Shown here one piece after another: positions 57,449-64,000 of a stretch of DNA of 64,000 nt. Under the pieces are notes generated by a model, which saw nothing but the letters and a program-made list of their open reading frames with translations, searched no databases and was not told where the DNA came from. Source of the stretch: Gemmatimonas sp. GTDB lineage: Bacteria; Gemmatimonadota; Gemmatimonadetes; Gemmatimonadales; Gemmatimonadaceae. The stretch lies in contig OZ257156.1 of the NCBI GenBank assembly GCA_965279375.1, forward strand, positions 1,536,001-1,600,000. Reading direction: 5' to 3'. Numbering within the stretch: the stretch's first letter is position 1; each line of letters starts with the position of its first letter. The translations under genes were made by a program, and so were the position numbers.

Positions 57449-59104
57449 ATGTTCTCCGTCTTGTCGGCTGTCCTGCTCGGATCGATCATCGGGTCGTTCG
57501 TCGTCAACTCGGCCATCGACACGTATCCTCGTCAGCCCGTTGACGTGGAGCACTACCGCTTCGCGTTGACGCTGGCCGATTCGACCGACAGAATCGAGAG
57601 TGTCGCGACGATTCAGCTGCGCATGCTGACGGCGGGCGTGCGCACCGTGACGCTTGATCTGGCGGACGCCACGCCCGAGCGAAAGGGACGAGGGATGCGC
57701 GTGACATCCGTGCTGCGTCAGGGCAATGCGCTGCCGATGACGCATGGCGCCGACCATCTCGTCGTCACGCTCGATCATCCCTCTACGGCCGGGGAGTGGA
57801 TCGAGCTGGTGGTGCGCTATGCGGGCATTCCCGCTGCGGGATTGCAGATCGCGCCGGACAAGTTCGGCCATCGCGCGTTCTTCTCCGACAACTGGCCCGA
57901 TAAGGCGCGTCAGTGGCTGCCCACGATCGATCATATCTCGGACAAGGCGACGATGGAGATGGATATCGTCGCGCCGAATCACTATCAGGTGGTCTCGAAC
58001 GGGAAGCGCAGCGAGACGACGGAGCTTGCGAATGGCACACGTCGCACCGTCTGGCGCGAGTCTGCGCCGATCGCGCCGTGGCTCTTCGTGTTGGGCGTCG
58101 CGCGCTTTGCGGTGCAACACGTGGGCAGCTATGCAGGCACGCCGATCGAAACGTGGGTGCTCGCGCAGGATCGCGATGCGGGCTTCTACGACTTTGCCAT
58201 CCCAACCCACGACGCGCTCGCCTTCTACAGCGATCGCATTGGTCCGTTCGCGTACGAGAAGTTGGCCAATATTCAGTCGAGCGCGACGAGCGGTGGCATG
58301 GAGGCGGCATCGGCCATCATGTACAACGCGGCGAGTGTCACGGGCACGCGCACCGTGCGCTGGCGCAATGTCGTGATTCACGAGATCGCGCATCAGTGGT
58401 TCGGCAACGCGGTGACGGAGCACGACTGGAACGATGTCTGGCTCAGCGAGGGATTTGCCACCTACTTCACGCTGCTGTTCATCGAGCATGCGTACGGGCG
58501 CGACGAGTTTGCAGACGGACTTCGTGCGTCACGCAAGACGGTACTCGACTTCGACGCCAAGTCGCCCGCGTATCGCATCGTGCACGAGAATCTGGCGGAC
58601 ATGTCGCAGGTCACCTCGGCGATGACGTATCAGAAGGGGAGCTGGGTGCTGCACATGCTTCGCCAACGTATGGGCGATGATCGCTTCTGGGCCGGCATTC
58701 GCGACTACTACGCGCGCCAAATGAATGGCAGCGCCACCACCACCGACTTTCGCGTAGCGATGGAGCGCGCGTCAGGGCAGGACCTCGCGCCATTTCTGCA
58801 GCAGTGGCTCTACCGCGGCGGTGTGCCTCGCCTCGATGTGCAGTGGCAGTGGGATGCAGCGTCCAAGCAAGTCACGGTCGCGGTGACGCAGACGCAAGCA
58901 GGGGAGCCTTTCCGCCTGCCGATCGAACTTGGCGTGACGGTTGCAGGCGGTCCGCAGCGCGTCGAACGCGTCGAACTCACTGGTCGATCGGGCCGCTTCA
59001 GCTTTGCATCGGCGCAGGAGCCACTGTCTTTGGTACTGGACCCTAACGTCACGCTGCTGATGGAGGGTCGGATCAGTCGCGGGCCCGCGAATGCGCGGCC
59101 ATGA
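57449..59104 (+). CDS. M1 family zinc aminopeptidase, secreted
   Basis: GGMEA, HEIAHQWFGN, WLSEGFATY, YQKGSWVLHMLR. ATG at 57449. Confidence 0.9.
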   Translation: MFSVLSAVLLGSIIGSFVVNSAIDTYPRQPVDVEHYRFALTLADSTDRIESVATIQLRMLTAGVRTVTLDLADATPERKGRGMRVTSVLRQGNALPMTHGADHLVVTLDHPSTAGEWIELVVRYAGIPAAGLQIAPDKFGHRAFFSDNWPDKARQWLPTIDHISDKATMEMDIVAPNHYQVVSNGKRSETTELANGTRRTVWRESAPIAPWLFVLGVARFAVQHVGSYAGTPIETWVLAQDRDAGFYDFAIPTHDALAFYSDRIGPFAYEKLANIQSSATSGGMEAASAIMYNAASVTGTRTVRWRNVVIHEIAHQWFGNAVTEHDWNDVWLSEGFATYFTLLFIEHAYGRDEFADGLRASRKTVLDFDAKSPAYRIVHENLADMSQVTSAMTYQKGSWVLHMLRQRMGDDRFWAGIRDYYARQMNGSATTTDFRVAMERASGQDLAPFLQQWLYRGGVPRLDVQWQWDAASKQVTVAVTQTQAGEPFRLPIELGVTVAGGPQRVERVELTGRSGRFSFASAQEPLSLVLDPNVTLLMEGRISRGPANARP

Positions 59105-59128
59105 GCTGAGCTGCGATGTGGCGTACTG

Positions 59129-59290
59129 TCACCGCAGCCCGAGCTGCTCCAGCGACTTCCTGAACTCCGGATTCTGGGCCACCGAATCGAGTCCAGGCGT
59201 TCGCGCCACGATGGGACCGATGGCATCGCGCACGATCGCCGACTGCTGCGCCTTCCACAGCCCGTAGCGCGCAACCGATTGACCATGTGG
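59129..59290 (-). pseudogene. Possible relic 3' fragment of a TPR/kinase-type gene
   Basis: Translation ends PGLDSVAQNPEFRKSLEQLGLR*, resembling the P-x-L/F-D-x-L-R-x-D-P-R-F...LGL tail of TPR regulators and kinases. No plausible start. Left boundary is the stop codon; right boundary is approximate. Confidence 0.35.
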
Positions 59291-59316
59291 CGTTCGTGCG
59301 TATGCGGCGCGCCGCC

Positions 59317-62190
59317 TCACCGCCTCTCGACAGTTGCCACATGCCGGCGCACATCCGCCTTGCGACTCACCTGCGTCGTATCGGCATCCTGCCACAACTG
59401 CAACAGGCGTTGCCACGTCGCATTCGCGAGCGGCACCTGGCCGCGCTGCTCGTACCACCCGGCGAGTCGGGTCAACAACTCCGGCAACTCGGCCGCATCC
59501 GGTTCAAACCGATGGATGTCCGCGGACGACAGATAGTCCTCAGCGGCGCGTATTGCGCCGGACAGGTCTCCGGCCGCCGCACGAGCGCTGGCGAGCGCCG
59601 GCAGCACACAGAGCGCGCAGTCACGCGCAGCAGCAGCCGCTCGCGTCAACAGTGCCGCGCCTTGTTCAGCGTTGCCAGCCGCGGCGAGCATTAGCCCCTG
59701 CACGTACGCGCTATCCGACAACGTCGCCCCCGATGTGAGCGCACGGCGAGCGACTCCGGCGGCAAGATCGTTCAGGTTCGAAGCGAGCAACACAGCGACC
59801 AGTGGCCCAACCGCGCGATCGGCGTCGGGTACACGTTCGATCGGCATCCGCTCGAGTGCTCGTTGCAGCGTCGTGCGTGCGGCCGAGCCATCGCCGCGAT
59901 AGCGCAGCGCGAGCCACGCCGACGTGACGGCCCCCGACAGAAACCGGTGAGACGAGTTCACCGACAGCGCCAGTGTCATCGATTCGGCCAAATGCGACTG
60001 TGCACGAAGCACGCGGCCGCGCAACAGTTCGATGCGCGCGAGCGTCTGTAGCGCATCCACACGCTGCAGTCCGCTGACATCGCTCGCGAGACGTACGATC
60101 GCCAGCGACTCGGCTCGCGCCCATTCCTGTGCAGACACCGCCAGATAGATCGGCGTCAGTCGTACGACTGGATGCCCGGGGAATCGCCGTGTCGCCTCCT
60201 GCATGACCTGCGATGCCTCGGCATGACGACGCTGCATCGCGAGCTGCTCAGCCAGCGTGAGGTACGCGTGCACGAGCGTCGAGTCGGCCGCGATCACACG
60301 CTTGAACAGCGACTCCGCTTGCACATGCGCCCGCATCGAGACGTACGTGAGCGCGAGGTTGTTCATTGCGGCAATGTCTTGCGGATACACCTGCAGCAGC
60401 GTGCGATATGAAGCCACGGCCGCTTTGTAGTCAGCGGTCGCATTGCGGTAGTAGCTGCCTTCGAGCAGATATCGCTCACGGAAGCCCAGCCGATCGCGAT
60501 GCTCGAATGCGTGACGCAGCGCCACCTGCGCCCGGGCCGGCTCGTCCATGCCGACCCAGGTGGAGCCCAGCATGCGCCACGCCGTGGCGAATCCGCTGTC
60601 GAGCACGACCGCGCGCTGCAGACGTTCGAGGCCACGTGCGCGCTCACCATCATCCAACAGCCGCACGCCTTCCCCGTACTCCCGAAGTGCCGCCAGTGAC
60701 GCCGTGGTCACGCGGGCGAGTGGCGACGGCGCCGGCTGCGCGGCAAGCGTGCTGTAGGCGCGTGAGGTGAGTGCCCGGGACAAGCGTTCAATTGCCGGCA
60801 GCAGTCCGGCCTCGTCTTCAGCCGTCTCGCGCACCGACGCCAATGCGTTTCCATCGCGCACATCGACCAGTCGCGCGGTAAGTAGCCACGTTCCGGCGAC
60901 CCGGCTGACGTCACCTGCCACGATCGCCTTCAGTCCTTCCCGTACGGCGATGGCGCGCACCAGCGAGTCATCGATCAACGCGTCGTCCGGGTGCAGCGAT
61001 CGGCGCACCGCGTTACGCACCTGTGCGCCCGTGAGTACACGAACGCGTGAGTCCTGTGCGAGATCGACGCGCAGCGCGGCGGATACGACCGCACCAAGTC
61101 CGTCACCGGCGTCGCTGAAATCCGTCACGATCAGGCGATCCGCAGACGCAGCCGCCACCGCGGCAGAGGGCGCCGGTGGCAACCCGGACGCAGGAGCCGA
61201 TGCGTTTCGCGAACGAACGACGACGAACACCGCGACTACTGCCACTGCCGCCACGGCCAGCCACGATGCTGACAGGTGGCGATCGCGACCCGGCAACGGC
61301 GCGGATGTCGTCGCATTTGCGGAGAGCGCACCGCCCGCCTCACCCGCCGTCCCTGACTCACGTGCGGCCGTGTTGGCACGGAGACTTTCTGCAACACTCG
61401 GCACAGCGGGGCCGGGCACGGCCTCCGATTCGAACGCAATGCCGCTTGCCGCCTCCGCCTGTCGACGCGCTCGTATGGCCGCGACCAGCGCAATGGTCTC
61501 GGCCGACGGAGGCACCCCCAATCGCGACTCGAAGTCCCGCATCGCCCGATCTGCGATGCTGAGCGCCTCCCCCGCGCGTCCGCGCTCCTCGCTCAGTACC
61601 AGCAACAGGCGGAGCGCGTCTTCATCATCGGGTGCGATTTCATTCCAACGCGCGGCCGCGCTGATCGCGTCATCGATGCGACCTGCCTGTCGTGAACTAT
61701 TGGCCAAGCGTTCGGCGGATTTCGCGGCGAGAGTTCGGAGATGCCGCCGAGTGCGATCCATCCACTCTTCAAATTCCGGAGACGTGTCGCGAGGGTAGAG
61801 TCCATCGAGGAACTCGCCCTGGTACAGTGCCAGCACACGCGCATCATCACCCGACGCTGCCGCGCTCTCGAGATCGACGGCGTCGCAGAGCAGCATCGAG
61901 GGAGACAGGCTCAGCCGTCCGTCGGCGCCAGAAATGATGGCGGCTTCGCCGAGGCGCTGCCGCAAATGATGCAAAGCCTGTCGCAACGCTGAACGGGCCT
62001 CGTCCTGTCCCGCTTCCGGCCAGAAGTACGCGATGAGGCGGTCGCGCGACTGCGCAGAGCGCGAAGACGAGAGTGCGAGGTAGGCGAGCAGCGCCAGACG
62101 TTTCGGCTGCATGGTGAGCAGTGGCGCGATTGGCGATACGCCCTCGCGCAGTTCAGCTCGTCCAAGCGTAAAAAGCGTAATACTCGTCAC
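59317..62190 (-). CDS. Transmembrane SARP/BTAD-type transcriptional regulator with an extracytoplasmic TolB_N-like and TPR region
   Basis: ITLFTLG, PKRLALLAYLAL, RDRLIAYFWPE, LRQALHHLR (wHTH), LYQGEFLDG (BTAD), PPSAET; one TM (WLAVAAVAVVAVFVVV); VTTASLAAL; TPR repeats. Confidence 0.85.
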   Translation of the reverse strand: MTSITLFTLGRAELREGVSPIAPLLTMQPKRLALLAYLALSSSRSAQSRDRLIAYFWPEAGQDEARSALRQALHHLRQRLGEAAIISGADGRLSLSPSMLLCDAVDLESAAASGDDARVLALYQGEFLDGLYPRDTSPEFEEWMDRTRRHLRTLAAKSAERLANSSRQAGRIDDAISAAARWNEIAPDDEDALRLLLVLSEERGRAGEALSIADRAMRDFESRLGVPPSAETIALVAAIRARRQAEAASGIAFESEAVPGPAVPSVAESLRANTAARESGTAGEAGGALSANATTSAPLPGRDRHLSASWLAVAAVAVVAVFVVVRSRNASAPASGLPPAPSAAVAAASADRLIVTDFSDAGDGLGAVVSAALRVDLAQDSRVRVLTGAQVRNAVRRSLHPDDALIDDSLVRAIAVREGLKAIVAGDVSRVAGTWLLTARLVDVRDGNALASVRETAEDEAGLLPAIERLSRALTSRAYSTLAAQPAPSPLARVTTASLAALREYGEGVRLLDDGERARGLERLQRAVVLDSGFATAWRMLGSTWVGMDEPARAQVALRHAFEHRDRLGFRERYLLEGSYYRNATADYKAAVASYRTLLQVYPQDIAAMNNLALTYVSMRAHVQAESLFKRVIAADSTLVHAYLTLAEQLAMQRRHAEASQVMQEATRRFPGHPVVRLTPIYLAVSAQEWARAESLAIVRLASDVSGLQRVDALQTLARIELLRGRVLRAQSHLAESMTLALSVNSSHRFLSGAVTSAWLALRYRGDGSAARTTLQRALERMPIERVPDADRAVGPLVAVLLASNLNDLAAGVARRALTSGATLSDSAYVQGLMLAAAGNAEQGAALLTRAAAAARDCALCVLPALASARAAAGDLSGAIRAAEDYLSSADIHRFEPDAAELPELLTRLAGWYEQRGQVPLANATWQRLLQLWQDADTTQVSRKADVRRHVATVERR

Positions 62191-62221
62191 GAAAGCCCAC
62201 GGCCAGCGCAGAAAGGTCCAG

Positions 62222-62241
62222 CGTTACCTCGTTTGGTAACG
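62222..62241. promoter_or_regulatory. Inverted repeat in the divergent promoter region
   Basis: CGTTACC-N6-GGTAACG, perfect 7-bp arms. Confidence 0.5.
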
Positions 62242-62310
62242 GTGGGATGCACTCCTGGATAACGATGCGAACTCAGGATTCTCCAAACGTCTTCACGGAG
62301 AACATTCACC

Positions 62311-63342
62311 ATGGGTCGCGTCATGATTCACCAGAGAAATCGTCTCACGCTCCGCCAACTCGTCGTTGCTGCGGGACACGTCGTGCTGATTCTGTCTGCC
62401 GCGCCGCTGCGGGCGCAAGGAAGCGTCTACACGCTTGGGGCGGGCTCGTGGAGGGCCGGTACCGTGGCGTCCGGTGGTTTTCGATGCGGCGTTGTCGGCA
62501 TCGATCCGGTGCCGGGGCCCACATCCACGGCAAGCTGCAAAGGAGGTCCGCAGTTCAGCGGTCTCGGCACATCGTTGATCGGCCGCTTCGAGAGCCTCTT
62601 TCAGACCGACGCGTTTGCGTCGGCGGTGAACGGCTCGCTCAAGTCCAGATCATCCGTCTCGTGGTTTGCGAAGAAGTACGACGCCTCACCGGCGTTTACC
62701 TTTCCGGAAACGGGTGCCGTGGGCGAATCCACCGCTCGCTGGGACGATCGGGCGCAATTCAATCCCATCGGACCGGGCGGTGGTTTGCCAGCTCTCAAAT
62801 TCATTGACATTCTGTTTCGAGTGGACGGACAGATCACGGGCGTCGAAGGGCTCAACTACCTTCTTCCCGGTTTCGGCACGGCGTGGGTTGGCACCAGCAC
62901 AGGTCAGGTGAACTTCGCCGGAGGCACGCAGGCCAGTAGCTTCTTCGCGAACCAGACGACGGTGATTGGAGCACGGCCCTCAAACCGGCCGCCCATTCCG
63001 CAGTTCCAAACGCTGCGCATCGGCGTAAATGGGCTGAGCAGCGATCCCTTCCGGGTCCTCCTCAGCACCCAAGCGAACGTTTCGATGTTCAACGAGTTCT
63101 TCGTCGATGAGCTCTTTCAGGGGTCCATGGACTCCGCCTTCGACAACACCGTGACGCCGGTTTCCTATTCGCTCTGGGATGACCTGGGCGCCGACGTCAC
63201 GGGTCAATACGCGGTGACGTTCGACAATGGGATGACCTTCGAGTCACAGTCGGTCGTGCCCGAGCCGTCGACGCTGCTATTGCTGTCGGGCGATTTGCTC
63301 GTGCTCGTCATCGGCTGGCGCCAGAAAGTCCGTCCGGCATGA
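62311..63342 (+). CDS. PEP-CTERM sorting-domain exported protein
   Basis: Signal peptide LRA-Q; C-terminal VPEPSTLLLL, TM helix, basic tail RQKVR; GGAG upstream. Confidence 0.85.
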   Translation: MGRVMIHQRNRLTLRQLVVAAGHVVLILSAAPLRAQGSVYTLGAGSWRAGTVASGGFRCGVVGIDPVPGPTSTASCKGGPQFSGLGTSLIGRFESLFQTDAFASAVNGSLKSRSSVSWFAKKYDASPAFTFPETGAVGESTARWDDRAQFNPIGPGGGLPALKFIDILFRVDGQITGVEGLNYLLPGFGTAWVGTSTGQVNFAGGTQASSFFANQTTVIGARPSNRPPIPQFQTLRIGVNGLSSDPFRVLLSTQANVSMFNEFFVDELFQGSMDSAFDNTVTPVSYSLWDDLGADVTGQYAVTFDNGMTFESQSVVPEPSTLLLLSGDLLVLVIGWRQKVRPA

Positions 63343-63391
63343 CGCCGCAGTCAGGTGGCTCAGCGAAAGGCGAGCGCGTCATCTCTGCTTG

Positions 63392-64000
63392 TCACTTGTA
63401 CAGCAGATACCTCCTGCTGCGCTCCTCGAACTGGGCCACCTCGTCCCGCCACGAAGCGAAGATTTCCTGCGGCGTGCGTCCCGCCTGAATCATCTGTTTG
63501 AGTCGCGGTGTCGCCGTCAGTCGCTCAAGCACCGCGTCGTTCCACACCAGTTTGTCGGCGTGGAGCGCGTTGACCGCCCACAGCAACGCCACGCCCGCGC
63601 GATACGGTCGGAACAGGTTGCGGTCGAGCACGTGAATGGCGATGCCGGCGAGTCGCTCGCCCGCCAACTCCGGCGGCTTGCCGTGAAAAGGCTGCTGCAC
63701 CGGAGTGAAGGTGATCGTGTCGAAGCGCACGCCTGGTAGCCCGAGCGCGTTGAGCATCACGATGGCACGCTGGTTGTCGAGCCACGGTGCGCCAATCACT
63801 TCAAATGGCGTCGCGCTCCCTCGCCCTTCGCTCACGTTCACCGCTTCGAACAGGCACGTGCCGGTGTACGCCAGGAGTGACTGCAGCGTGAGGAGGTTGG
63901 GCGATGGCTTCCGCCATTCAAGTCCCGTTTCATCGTACCACATGCTGCGACGCCACCCGACCATGGGCACAATGTTCAGTGGCACGGTGCGGCCGCCCTG
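63392..64000 (-). CDS. Exo-beta-N-acetylmuramidase NamZ (DUF1343) family, C-terminal part (partial)
   Basis: GW.RSMWYDETGL.W..PSPNL, YTGTCLFE, VSEGRG, PFEVIGAPW, RRYLLY. The frame is open to the window edge. Confidence 0.85.
   Translation of the reverse strand, partial: QGGRTVPLNIVPMVGWRRSMWYDETGLEWRKPSPNLLTLQSLLAYTGTCLFEAVNVSEGRGSATPFEVIGAPWLDNQRAIVMLNALGLPGVRFDTITFTPVQQPFHGKPPELAGERLAGIAIHVLDRNLFRPYRAGVALLWAVNALHADKLVWNDAVLERLTATPRLKQMIQAGRTPQEIFASWRDEVAQFEERSRRYLLYK

Noticed and set aside
62164..62180. Direct repeat AAGCGTAA twice
   Set aside because: It lies inside the regulator's first codons and is explained by the ITL-FTL peptide repeat.
1..64000. IS elements, integrases, prophage, tRNA/rRNA, defence systems
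   Set aside because: I recognised no transposase, recombinase, phage, nuclease or structural RNA signatures. Intergenic gaps are short and explained. Small RNAs could be missed without covariance searches.

Overview
This is a high-GC, densely coding bacterial window. The gene content looks like Gemmatimonadota (Gemmatimonas-like), which is inferred rather than proven. Its centre (~7.8-37.9 kb) is a divergently transcribed, LacI-associated xylan utilisation locus. The left arm encodes LacI, GH67 alpha-glucuronidase, class I xylose isomerase, xylulokinase, a dual SGNH/SASA acetylesterase, mannonate dehydratase and a secreted GH3. The right arm encodes a SusC/SusD pair, a cytoplasmic GH3, a GPH symporter, two lipoprotein GH10 xylanases, GH115, GH43 and GalM. 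The intergenic region shows a readable sigma70 promoter, a perfect TGGAACGTTCCA operator-like palindrome, a candidate leader ORF and a C-rich leader. The most unusual feature is a TonB-plug-like domain fused to the N-terminus of the GH115, with a free-standing homologue at 47.1-47.5 kb. The flanks carry DoxX-like, ArsN2-like GNAT, acyltransferase, ABC-F, an Oar-like TonB receptor with a C-terminal LTxxQ extension, a MurB homologue lacking the canonical active-site Arg, M28 and M1 peptidases, DUF5916, a BNR/VPS10 protein, asparaginase, a fused L-serine dehydratase, a membrane BTAD/TPR regulator facing a PEP-CTERM gene, and a partial NamZ. I saw no rRNA, tRNA, CRISPR array or transposase. All family calls come from motif recognition by eye, not from database searches.
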